Source: Gammaproteobacteria bacterium (GTDB lineage Bacteria > Pseudomonadota > Gammaproteobacteria > Eutrophobiales > Eutrophobiaceae). Taken from it: a stretch of 64,000 nucleotides of DNA. The stretch covers positions 544,001 through 608,000 of the forward strand of contig CAXMWX010000005.1 of NCBI GenBank assembly GCA_963422205.2. Reading direction: 5' to 3'. A program made the translations under genes and the position numbers. Shown piece after piece: positions 10,284-18,959 of this stretch (the stretch's first letter is position 1; each line of letters opens with the position of its first letter). The notes under the pieces are model-generated. The model had not been told where the DNA came from. It saw nothing but the letters and a program-made list of their open reading frames with translations, and made no database searches.

Positions 10284-11568
10284 GGCAATGCCCACCTGTC
10301 GCTTGAATGACGGCATAGATGGCAGCCGTTAATTGGTTAAGCTCAGCGCTGCTGACAATGTAAGGCGGCATCAGGTAGATTAATTTCCCGAATGGTCGCA
10401 CCCACACGCCCTGCTCAACAAACAGGGCAGGCACACGCTGCATATCCACTGCCCGGTCAAGCTCAACCACACCTATCGCCCCCAGCACCCGAACATCCTG
10501 CACCCCGGGCAGTTCTTTACATGCCTCAAGCCCGGCTTTGAGATCATCGGCAATCGCCGCAATGCGTTGCCGCCAGTCCTCTGCCAGTAACACATCAATA
10601 CTGGCCTGGGCGACAGCACAGGCCAGGGGGTTGGCCATGAAAGTCGGCCCGTGCATGAACACGCCGGCCCCCCGGCATGATATCGTCTCTGCCACCTGGC
10701 GGCTCGTCAGGGTGGCCGCCAGGCTCATATAACCGCCCGTCAGGGCCTTGCCCAAACAGAGAATATCCGGCTCAATGGCCGCATGTTCACAGGCGAACAG
10801 CGTGCCAGTACGACCAAAACCGGTGGCAATCTCATCACACACAAGCAACACCTGATAGGTATCGCAAAGCTGTCTTGCCCGCTTGAGATACTGCGGCGAA
10901 TAAAACCACATGCCGCCCGCCCCCTGCACCACCGGCTCCAGAATAAGGGCGGCGATTCGCTCATGATGTTCGGCCAGCAGGCTCTCCAATGAAGCAATGT
11001 CATCCTCATGCCAGGGATCAGCAAAACGACACCGAGGCTGCTCAGCAAAATAATGCCGGGGCAAGACCTGTCGAAACAAGCCGTGCATCCCCGTGACCGG
11101 ATCACACACGGCCATGGCGCCGAAGGTATCGCCATGATAGCCTTGCTTTATCGTCAACAGCTTTTGTTTCTCGGCCATGCCCTGTGCCGCCCAGAACTGA
11201 ATCGCCATCTTGATGGCCACCTCTACAGCGACTGAGCCAGAGTCGGCAAAAAACACGGTCTGCAACGATGCCGGGGTCAGCCTGACCAACTGCTCGGCCA
11301 GGGCCACGGCTGGCTCGTGCGTCAAGCCGCCAAACATCACATGCGCCATCGTATCGAGTTGCGCTGTTATGGCGGCATTTAGCTCTGGATGATTATAGCC
11401 ATGAATCGCACACCACCAGGAGGCCATCCCATCGACAAGCTGCCTGCCATCCTCCAATTCAATCCTGGCACCGGCGGCGGAGCGTACCGAAAACAACGGT
11501 GAGGCCTCCGTCATGGCGGCATAGGGATGCCAGAGGTGGGCACGATCACGGGAGACTAATGCGCTCAT
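10273..11568 (-). CDS. bioA: Adenosylmethionine-8-amino-7-oxononanoate aminotransferase
   Basis: HLWHPY, DGMASWW..IHGY, SGSVAVEVAIKMA, YHGDT, DEIATGFGRTG, GKALTGG, HGPTFMANPLA. Confidence 0.97.
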   Translation of the reverse strand: MSALVSRDRAHLWHPYAAMTEASPLFSVRSAAGARIELEDGRQLVDGMASWWCAIHGYNHPELNAAITAQLDTMAHVMFGGLTHEPAVALAEQLVRLTPASLQTVFFADSGSVAVEVAIKMAIQFWAAQGMAEKQKLLTIKQGYHGDTFGAMAVCDPVTGMHGLFRQVLPRHYFAEQPRCRFADPWHEDDIASLESLLAEHHERIAALILEPVVQGAGGMWFYSPQYLKRARQLCDTYQVLLVCDEIATGFGRTGTLFACEHAAIEPDILCLGKALTGGYMSLAATLTSRQVAETISCRGAGVFMHGPTFMANPLACAVAQASIDVLLAEDWRQRIAAIADDLKAGLEACKELPGVQDVRVLGAIGVVELDRAVDMQRVPALFVEQGVWVRPFGKLIYLMPPYIVSSAELNQLTAAIYAVIQATGGHCHDR

Positions 11569-11694
11569 CAGCTATGGTATGACCGCCTCACCACGGTCAC
11601 GTAACCCCTGCACTGGCGCACCTTAACCGGCGGGGGTTCGGTTTGTTTGCCTGAGTGTTTTCTTTCATGCAGATAGTGTACTTTAGTCAGCCCT

Positions 11695-12621
11695 ATGCAA
11701 ACAAACCCGTACATTATAGAGGCGACAGATTTAAGAAAAGCCTTTAATGGTGAATGCGTTGTCAACGGCATTGAGCTGGCCATCCCCTACGGCGGTTGTT
11801 TCGGTCTGCTCGGCCCTAACGGGGCGGGCAAGACGACAACCTTGAAGATGATCCTGGGACACTCACCCGTCACCTCCGGCCGCCTGACCGTGCTGGGTAT
11901 GCCGATAGCCGGCGATATCAGCCGCATCCGCCAGCGGATCGGCGTGGTGCCACAAACAGACAACTTGGATGTTGATTTTACTGTCAAGGAAAACCTGCAA
12001 GTCTACGCCAGCTATTTTGGTATCAGCAAACAGACGATCGATGAGCGCATAGCGAGGTTGTTGCCGTTTGTCGAATTGAGCGAGAAGGCCGATACCCGCA
12101 TTAACCAGCTCTCTGGTGGTATGCAGCGCCGCCTGAGCATTGCCCGCGCCCTGATCAATGAACCGGCATTGCTGATCCTCGATGAGCCAACCACCGGTCT
12201 TGATCCACAGGTACGGCATCTTATCTGGTCACGCTTGCGCGAACTCAAGCACACCGGCACCACCTTGTTACTGACCACCCATTACATGGAAGAGGCACAA
12301 AGGCTGTGTGATGATCTGGTGATCATGGATCACGGCACCATCCTCAGCCGGGGCAGCCCGCACACGCTCATCAAACACCATGTCGAGCCGGATGTGATAG
12401 AGATCCACGGTGCGGTTGAACAATTACCCGCCGCCAGCCGGCTGACCGGCCTTGATGTGAGAGTCGAGCGCATCGGGGAGACCGTCTATTACTTCACGAG
12501 TACGCCCGCACCGCTCATGCAGCAGCTGGAAGATGTCAGCGATATTGCCTGTCTGCATCGGCCAGCCAACCTGGAAGATGTGTTTCTGCGCCTGACCGGC
12601 AGAGAATTGCGGGAAGGCTGA
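11695..12621 (+). CDS. ABC-2 exporter ATP-binding protein, NodI-like
   Basis: GPNGAGKTT, GVVPQTDNLD, LSGGMQRRL, LILDEPTTGLDPQ, TTHYMEEA, C-terminal RPANLEDVFLRLTGRELRE. Confidence 0.9.
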   Translation: MQTNPYIIEATDLRKAFNGECVVNGIELAIPYGGCFGLLGPNGAGKTTTLKMILGHSPVTSGRLTVLGMPIAGDISRIRQRIGVVPQTDNLDVDFTVKENLQVYASYFGISKQTIDERIARLLPFVELSEKADTRINQLSGGMQRRLSIARALINEPALLILDEPTTGLDPQVRHLIWSRLRELKHTGTTLLLTTHYMEEAQRLCDDLVIMDHGTILSRGSPHTLIKHHVEPDVIEIHGAVEQLPAASRLTGLDVRVERIGETVYYFTSTPAPLMQQLEDVSDIACLHRPANLEDVFLRLTGRELREG

Positions 12622-13397
12622 TGGACTGGCGCTGCCCGAAAATCAGGCCGAGGCTGTTGCTGGTCTGGCGCCGCAACCTGTTGGTATGGCGGCGGCTCAT
12701 TGTCCCCAGCTTATTATTAAACTTCGGCGAGCCGGTCCTATACCTGCTGGGGCTTGGCCTGGGGCTGGGGCGATTTGTCGGCGAGATGGCCGGGATGCCC
12801 TACCTGACCTTCCTCGCCACCGGCCTACTGGCCTCATCGGCCATGAACACAGCAACGTTTGAAGGCTTGTTTTCGGTCTATACCCGCATGGGGCCGCAGC
12901 GCACCTACGATGGGATACTGGCCACCCCGGTCGAGGTGGATGACATCATCGCCGGCGAGATGCTCTGGTGTGCAACCAAGGGCATGTTGAGCAGCACGGC
13001 TATCCTGGTGGTTGCTATCCTGGCCGGGGCAATTCATCACTGGCAAGCCTTTCTGTGTATCCCGCTGTTTTTGTTAATCGGCCTGTGCTTTGCCGGGCCG
13101 GCAATCGTGGTGGCCTCTTTCTCGCAATCCTATGATTACTTTAACTACTACATCACGCTGGTGTTGACCCCCATGTTTCTCTTTGGCGGCGTGTTCTATC
13201 CGGTGACCACCTTGCCACAGGCAGTACAGCCGTTGTTATCGCTGATCCCGCTGACCCATGCCATCGCCCTGGTGCGGCCCTTGTCCACCGGCGCCGAGGT
13301 CAAGGCGGTGGGATACCACCTCGGTGTCCTGGCCGTGGTTGCCCTCATCGGGTTTTATCTGGCGGTGGTGCTGGTAAGAAGGCGTCTTATCAAATAA
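12621..13397 (+). CDS. ABC-2 permease, NodJ-like
   Basis: VWRRNLLVWRR, EPVLYLLGLG, GEMLWCATKG, FGGVFYP, PLTHAIALVRP. Coupled to the ATPase gene. Confidence 0.88.
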   Translation: MDWRCPKIRPRLLLVWRRNLLVWRRLIVPSLLLNFGEPVLYLLGLGLGLGRFVGEMAGMPYLTFLATGLLASSAMNTATFEGLFSVYTRMGPQRTYDGILATPVEVDDIIAGEMLWCATKGMLSSTAILVVAILAGAIHHWQAFLCIPLFLLIGLCFAGPAIVVASFSQSYDYFNYYITLVLTPMFLFGGVFYPVTTLPQAVQPLLSLIPLTHAIALVRPLSTGAEVKAVGYHLGVLAVVALIGFYLAVVLVRRRLIK

Positions 13398-13452
13398 GCC
13401 GCCCCTTGCCCGGATCCCCTGCCGCCAGCAATGCCCCATCACGGTCGCTCGC

Positions 13453-13461
13453 TGGTATAAT
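13453..13461 (+). promoter_or_regulatory. Extended -10 element (TGgTATAAT) 6 nt before the ATG; probable leaderless promoter
   Basis: Sequence ctggtataatagccgtATG, with no Shine-Dalgarno in the 6 nt gap. Confidence 0.55.
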
Positions 13462-13467
13462 AGCCGT

Positions 13468-14448
13468 ATGCGTTATATTGCATTGACAGCACCCGGCGAT
13501 GCCGAGGTCATGCAACTGGCCGAGCGTGATCTGCCCGCCCATGCCGCCGGTCAGGTGTTGATCAAGGTAAAAGCCGCCGGGGTCAATCGGCTGGATATCC
13601 TCCAGCGCCAGGGAAAGTATCCCCCACCGCCGGGCGCCTCGGATATCCTCGGGCTGGAAGTCGCTGGCGATATCGTGGCCATCGGCGATGATGTCACCAC
13701 CTTCAGGCCCGGCGATGCGGTCTGTGCGCTCATGACCGGCGGTGGGTATGCCGAGTATGCCAGCGCCGAAGCCAGCCTGTGTCTGCCCATCCCCGATGCG
13801 CTGTCTTACAGCGAGGCCGCCGCCCTGCCAGAGGCGCTGTTCACCATCTGGAGTAATGTCATCGACCGTGCTGGCCTTAAAGCGGGCGAGAGGTTTTTAG
13901 TGCATGGGGGCAGCAGCGGCATCGGCAGCATCGCCATTCAACTGGCAAAGGCACTGGGGGCTACTGTCTTCACGACCGCCGGCTCGGCCGAGAAATGCCG
14001 GGCCTGCATTGGGCTGGGGGCAGACTTGGCAATCAATTACCATGAGGACGATTTTGTCGAACAAATCAAACAGGCTACCCAGGGGGAGGGGGTGCATGTC
14101 ATTCTGGATATGGTGCTGGGCGATTACCTGCAGAAAAATATCCGGCTGGCCGCTGAGGAGGGGCGGCTGGTGATCATCGCTGGCCTTAAAGGCTATACCA
14201 CGAAAGTCAATCTATTGCCGGTCATGCAGAAGCGGCTGCTGATCACCGGCTCAACCCTTCGGGGGCGTGAAGTCGCATTCAAGGCGGCTATCGCCAGGAA
14301 AATACGGCAATACGTCTGGCCCTGGGTGGAATCCGGCCAAATAAGACCGGTGATCTATCAGGAATTTGCACTGGCCGAGGCGGCGGCGGCACATCACCTG
14401 ATGCAGAGCAGCCAGCACATCGGCAAGATCATCTTGAACACCGCATAA
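13468..14448 (+). CDS. NAD(P)H-quinone oxidoreductase (PIG3/zeta-crystallin family)
   Basis: AAGVNRLD..QRQG.YPPP, LGLEVAG, GGGYAEY, VHGGSSGIG, TGSTLR, HIGKIIL. Confidence 0.93.
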   Translation: MRYIALTAPGDAEVMQLAERDLPAHAAGQVLIKVKAAGVNRLDILQRQGKYPPPPGASDILGLEVAGDIVAIGDDVTTFRPGDAVCALMTGGGYAEYASAEASLCLPIPDALSYSEAAALPEALFTIWSNVIDRAGLKAGERFLVHGGSSGIGSIAIQLAKALGATVFTTAGSAEKCRACIGLGADLAINYHEDDFVEQIKQATQGEGVHVILDMVLGDYLQKNIRLAAEEGRLVIIAGLKGYTTKVNLLPVMQKRLLITGSTLRGREVAFKAAIARKIRQYVWPWVESGQIRPVIYQEFALAEAAAAHHLMQSSQHIGKIILNTA

Positions 14449-14538
14449 ATCACCCAGAAATATTTTCCACATCCGGCCGAGTTCTTTATAATCTGCGCTT
14501 TCCTTAAAAATCAGCACACACGCACATAGAGGACGTTC

Positions 14539-14859
14539 ATGCCCAAAATACAATTCATCGCCTTTGATGGCGCCTTAACGGAAGTCGATGCCGCCGATGG
14601 CATATCGCTGATGCAGGCCGCCGTGAATAACGGCATCTCCGCCGTTGTGGCTGAATGTGGCGGTGCCTGTAGCTGTGCAACTTGCCATGTGCATGTGGCC
14701 GAGGACTGGTTTGACAAACTGCCGCCCGCCGAGGACATGGAAAAGGACATGCTGGATTTTGTCACCAGCCCGAAACCCACCAGCCGCCTGAGCTGCCAGA
14801 TCAAACTGACCCCCGAACTGGACGGCCTGGTGGTCAATACGCCGGAATCACAATACTAG
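14539..14859 (+). CDS. 2Fe-2S ferredoxin (putidaredoxin/adrenodoxin type)
   Basis: CGGACSCATCHV and SRLSCQ. SD AGGA upstream. Confidence 0.95.
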   Translation: MPKIQFIAFDGALTEVDAADGISLMQAAVNNGISAVVAECGGACSCATCHVHVAEDWFDKLPPAEDMEKDMLDFVTSPKPTSRLSCQIKLTPELDGLVVNTPESQY

Positions 14860-14928
14860 ACACCCCTGCCCTGGCATGACTGCCGGTTCATGCCGTCAGT
14901 TAAGGATCCCTCATGCGATGATAAGCCG

Positions 14929-16140
14929 CTAACCTTGGCGCTCAATCACGATCGCAATCCCCTGACCCACCCCGATACACATGCTGATAAGACCATAGCG
15001 ACCACCGCTTCTCTCCAGTTGCCGCAGCGTGGTCAACACCAGGCGGGCACCCGATGCCCCCAGAGGATGCCCGATAGCAATCGCCCCGCCATTCGGGTTG
15101 ACCCGTTCATCCTTAAAATCAATCTGCAATAACTGCAAACAGCCCAGCACCTGTGTGGCGAAGGCTTCGTTGATTTCGATCACATCCATATCAGCCAAAC
15201 TCAGGCCAGCACGTTGCAGCACCTTCTGGCAGGCGGGTACCGGGCCAAGCCCCATCACCCTCGGCGGCACGCCGGCAATCGCACCAGATACGATCGCCGC
15301 ACGGGCGGACAAACCCAGCTTATCGCCCATCGCCTGACTGCCGACCAGCAAGCCTGCCGCCCCATCATTAATGCCGGAGGCATTGCCAGCCGTCACCACA
15401 CCGCCGGCGAGTAGAGTCGGCAGCTTACCCAGTCTCTCCAGGCGGGTATCCGGGCGCGGATGCTCATCCTCTTTGACCACCACCGGCGGGTCGGTGCGCC
15501 GCCGGGCGGGTACTGCTACCGGCAGGAGTTCTGCAACAAAAAAATCATCGGCCCTGGCCGCGGCGTATTTTTGTTGCGACTGAAAGGCAAACGCATCGCT
15601 GTCTGTACGGCTGATATGATGCTCAGCGGCGATGTTGTCAGCCGTCTGTGGCATGGTGTCATCGCCATATGACTGCGTCAGTTTGCTGTTGGGAAAACGC
15701 GCACCAATGGTGGTATCACAGAGTTGTTGCGAACGCCCATAAGCACTGTCGGCCTTGCTCATCACCCACGGCGCCCGGCTCATGCTCTCCACACCGCCGG
15801 CGATGAATAATTCGCCTTCACCGGTGCGTATCGCCCGCCCGGCATCCAGCACCGCCGCCGCACCGCTGCCACACAAGCGGTTGACCGTGATCCCGCCGAC
15901 CGCCGTATCGAAGCCCGCCAGCAAGCCGGCACTGCGGGCAATATTTCGCCCGTCCTCGCCCGCCTGGATACTGCAACCGGCGATCACATCTTCAATGAGG
16001 CTGCTGTCAAGATGATTGCGCTCAACCAGGGCACGTAATACGGCGGCCAGTAAATCATCCGCACGTACTGCCGCCAGGGCCCCGGCATGTCGACCAAAGG
16101 GCGTGCGGATCCCATCGTAAATCATGGCGTGTTTCATCAT
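14929..16140 (-). CDS. pcaF: 3-oxoadipyl-CoA thiolase (PcaF/PaaJ-type)
   Basis: RTPFGRHAGALA.VRADDL, QAGEDGRN, NRLCGSG, GGVESMSRAP, NEAFA, GGAIAIGHPLGASG, CIGVGQG. Confidence 0.88.
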   Translation of the reverse strand: MMKHAMIYDGIRTPFGRHAGALAAVRADDLLAAVLRALVERNHLDSSLIEDVIAGCSIQAGEDGRNIARSAGLLAGFDTAVGGITVNRLCGSGAAAVLDAGRAIRTGEGELFIAGGVESMSRAPWVMSKADSAYGRSQQLCDTTIGARFPNSKLTQSYGDDTMPQTADNIAAEHHISRTDSDAFAFQSQQKYAAARADDFFVAELLPVAVPARRRTDPPVVVKEDEHPRPDTRLERLGKLPTLLAGGVVTAGNASGINDGAAGLLVGSQAMGDKLGLSARAAIVSGAIAGVPPRVMGLGPVPACQKVLQRAGLSLADMDVIEINEAFATQVLGCLQLLQIDFKDERVNPNGGAIAIGHPLGASGARLVLTTLRQLERSGGRYGLISMCIGVGQGIAIVIERQG

Positions 16141-16301
16141 GTTTTCCTGTGAAGCCAGGGGCAGCTGATAACGTGAATATCAAGACATGCTCGCAGCACG
16201 ATTATGCGCCTTGCCAGAGGGCGTGTAAATACTCAAACCTGCACTGCCATGCCAGCCGTGCTGGGCGCGATAGGCTCTCAGGACGTTGTGATACTGCGGG
16301 G

Positions 16302-16430
16302 TTAAGGTGCATAAATTTCAGCTTGTAATTGCTGAAACCTGCCCAGTTGCTGATCGGTATTGCCAAATAAGGCAGTCATCATCAACACGCGCTTATGATA
16401 CTGACCTACGGCCAGTTCTTCGCTCAGATA
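16302..16430 (-). pseudogene. C-terminal remnant of an acyl-CoA dehydrogenase
   Basis: EELAVGQYHKRVLMMTALFGNTDQQLGRF matches the typical ACAD tail (E..VG.Y.KR......FG..D..L.R). The rest of the gene is absent. Confidence 0.65.
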
Positions 16431-16462
16431 GGGGCAATTATCATGAATCCCGGCAGTGAACA

Positions 16463-16531
16463 ATGGAACACCACGTTCTACCAACATCTGAACGGATAGT
16501 CGCCGCCGCGCGCACGGCATTGGCCGGATAA
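16463..16531 (+). pseudogene. C-terminal remnant of a 2-oxoacid/acetoin dehydrogenase E1 beta subunit
   Basis: Reads MEHHVLPTSERIVAAARTALAG*, like the E1-beta tail (LE...LP..ERIVAA.R). It lies directly before a lipoyl-domain gene. Confidence 0.55.
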
Positions 16532-16553
16532 TGGGATCAGGGCAACGAAAGCA

Positions 16554-16793
16554 ATGAGTGATGTCACTATCCCGGGGGAGGTGTGGGAAGACGATCTGGA
16601 GGGTATTATTGTATCCTGGTTATACCGGGATGGTGCCGCCATTGAACAGGGCAAGCCGATTTTTGAAGTCATGGTAGAAAAAGTGCAAATGGATTTAGAG
16701 GCGCCAGCCTCAGGCATTTTACACATAAAAGCACAGGCAGAAACCATTGTTAAGAAGGGTATGCTCACTGCACAGATACATCCGGCCGGATAA
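16554..16793 (+). CDS. Stand-alone lipoyl/biotinyl attachment domain protein
   Basis: 79 aa: EGIIVSWLYRDG..I..GKPIFEVMVEKVQMDLEAPASGIL, with the lipoyl-type lysine in MVEKV. Confidence 0.85.
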   Translation: MSDVTIPGEVWEDDLEGIIVSWLYRDGAAIEQGKPIFEVMVEKVQMDLEAPASGILHIKAQAETIVKKGMLTAQIHPAG

Positions 16794-16911
16794 GAGAAGC
16801 CGGATTAAGAATCTGTCTCTCTGTCACGGACGGGTGTGATACTCTGTGTCGTGTGGGCTGAAGCGGCCAGGGGCGGATGCTTAACGCGTTGATACCGTAT
16901 ACCCTGATGCG

Positions 16912-16934
16912 GTATATATTGACACCATATATAC
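16912..16934. promoter_or_regulatory. Perfect inverted repeat GTATATAT-N7-ATATATAC overlapping TTGACA; candidate operator
   Basis: Seen directly upstream of the 16980 gene. A second, imperfect palindrome (ATACCGTAT-N6-ATGCGGTAT) overlaps its left end. Confidence 0.5.
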
Positions 16935-16979
16935 TGTAACTGCCCACCGGCGTATCACAGAAGAAACGCGACAGACACG

Positions 16980-18854
16980 ATGAGAATAACCCGACGTGAT
17001 TTTATCAATGGCGTGCTGATGGGCTCCGGTGCCGTACTGGTAGCGGCGAGGACGAGCAAGGCCAGACAGCCCATGCCACACACAGAGGTGGGCGAGGCCT
17101 GGTATGGCGAGGGTGGCGTGGGGGATTATGCGCCCTCACACGGCAATACGCCAGAGGGGGTGAACACCGCACACCGCTTGCGTGATGGCCGCTTCGCCAG
17201 TTTTCCGAATACCCTGCCTGTCGATGAACATTACGATGTGGTCATTGTCGGTGGTGGTATGGCCGGTCTGGGGGCTGCCTGGCATTTTAAGAAACATGCC
17301 CGCCCCGATCAGCGCTGCCTGCTGCTTGATAACCATCCCTTATTTGGTGGTGAAGCGAAGGAAAACGAGTTTCACGTTGATGGCGAAACGCTGCTTGCAC
17401 CCCAGGGGGCAAACGGTTTTTTTGTGCCTGCCTTCGCAGACGACCCCGAATCCGTCACGGGTGATGCGCGTTATTATGCCGAGTTCGCCATCCCCAGAGA
17501 ATTGCCCTACGGTGACTGGGCCAAGGGCATCACGCCGTTAAATATCTGCCGTGACAATTATGGTTATCTGCACTGGTTACTTGAGCATAACACCGATGTG
17601 GGGTATTTCTTTGGTACGCCTAACGGTGGCCAGTGGGTTAAGAATATCTGGCAAAATCAGTTAGAAGACACGCCCTGGAGCAGACAACAACGCCAGAGCA
17701 TGCTGGCCTGGCGCAACAGCCGCAATGACACCCTGGCGGATGGTCGCCGTGATCCCTGGCTTGACAGCATGTCTTACCAGACTTACCTGCAACACGAGAA
17801 GGGCCTTGGGCCGGAGGCCGCCGCGGCGGCGGATGTGTTTCTTGCCGCCGCCTTCGGGCTTGGCAGTGATGCGGTGTCGGCCTGGGTAGCAAAAGATGTC
17901 GCCATGCCGGGGATGCTCTCGCAAGCACAATTTCAGCAGACAATGCCGCGCCGACAAGCCTTCCCTGGCGGTAATTCCGGCTTTGCCCGTTATTTTCTCA
18001 AACACATCATGCCCGCGGCCATTGCCGGCGGGAAGCACTTTGATGACATCATGACTGGCCGGATTAATTTTGCTGCCCTGGATCAGGCTGGCAGCCCGAT
18101 ACGGATTCGTTTGCGATCAACTGCCGTGAGTGTGCAACATGCAGCAGGCAAACACGGCCCCGTGCAGGTTGTCTATATGCACGGCGGCAAGCCCCATGTT
18201 GTCCGAACGAAAGGCGTTGTCATGGCCTCCGGTGGCTGGATGAACCGCCATGTCGTCAGCGATCTGCCGGATGATTTCATGCACGCCTACCTGCAATTTA
18301 ACCATGCTCCTTTTCTGGTGGCGAATGTTGGCTTGAGCAACTGGCGTTTTCTGTATGAGCTGGGTGTCACGGCGTGTCGCTGGCTGGATGGTTTTGCCTA
18401 TACCTGTAATGTACGTCAACCCATGTATGTTGGCAGACACAAGCCCGTGCTGCACCCGGACAAGCCCATCGTGTTGACTTTTTACATTCCTTTCTATACC
18501 CCCGGATTGCCGGTCAAGGCGCAAACAGTCAAGGGGCGAAGTGAGCTACTGCACACCACTTATGCCGATTATGAGCGACAGATCATCGCCCAGATGACCA
18601 CTCTGTTCGCTGCCACTGGCTTTGATGCAGAACGAGACATTCGAGGCATCATCCTCAATCGCTGGGGGCATGCCTATGTCGTGCCCGAGCCGGGCTTTTT
18701 TTATGACACCAACCAACGCACAGCACCACGTAACATCATCAAACAGGGATATGGGCGTATCGCCTTCGGCCATTCAGAGCTGCAAGGCTTCCAGCACTGG
18801 GGGCCGGCAGCGGATGAGGGCCGACGGGCGATGGAGCAAGTATTGTTTTCATGA
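16980..18854 (+). CDS. Tat-exported FAD-dependent oxidoreductase, spermidine dehydrogenase (SpdH)-like
   Basis: Tat motif ITRRDFING, VVIVGGGMAGLGAA, LLDNH..FGGEAK.NEF, FPGGNSG.AR, RDI.GIILNRWGHAY, GRIAFGHS. Confidence 0.8.
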   Translation: MRITRRDFINGVLMGSGAVLVAARTSKARQPMPHTEVGEAWYGEGGVGDYAPSHGNTPEGVNTAHRLRDGRFASFPNTLPVDEHYDVVIVGGGMAGLGAAWHFKKHARPDQRCLLLDNHPLFGGEAKENEFHVDGETLLAPQGANGFFVPAFADDPESVTGDARYYAEFAIPRELPYGDWAKGITPLNICRDNYGYLHWLLEHNTDVGYFFGTPNGGQWVKNIWQNQLEDTPWSRQQRQSMLAWRNSRNDTLADGRRDPWLDSMSYQTYLQHEKGLGPEAAAAADVFLAAAFGLGSDAVSAWVAKDVAMPGMLSQAQFQQTMPRRQAFPGGNSGFARYFLKHIMPAAIAGGKHFDDIMTGRINFAALDQAGSPIRIRLRSTAVSVQHAAGKHGPVQVVYMHGGKPHVVRTKGVVMASGGWMNRHVVSDLPDDFMHAYLQFNHAPFLVANVGLSNWRFLYELGVTACRWLDGFAYTCNVRQPMYVGRHKPVLHPDKPIVLTFYIPFYTPGLPVKAQTVKGRSELLHTTYADYERQIIAQMTTLFAATGFDAERDIRGIILNRWGHAYVVPEPGFFYDTNQRTAPRNIIKQGYGRIAFGHSELQGFQHWGPAADEGRRAMEQVLFS

Positions 18855-18959
18855 CGGCGGCCGCTTGCTCACACGCCCGCCTGCCCGAAGCTAACCCCTG
18901 GCAGCGATGCGATACAAGGCGGCTTGATTATCGCCGATTGATGACTTATGTTGTTGCAC

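Noticed and set aside
11695-13397. nodIJ as evidence of nodulation-factor export
   Set aside because: No nodABC or nod box. NodIJ-like ABC-2 pairs are common in non-nodulating Proteobacteria.
14873-14895. Hairpin GGCATGA-N8-TCATGCC between the convergent ferredoxin and pcaF genes as a terminator
   Set aside because: No U-tract on either strand, so not reported as an intrinsic terminator.
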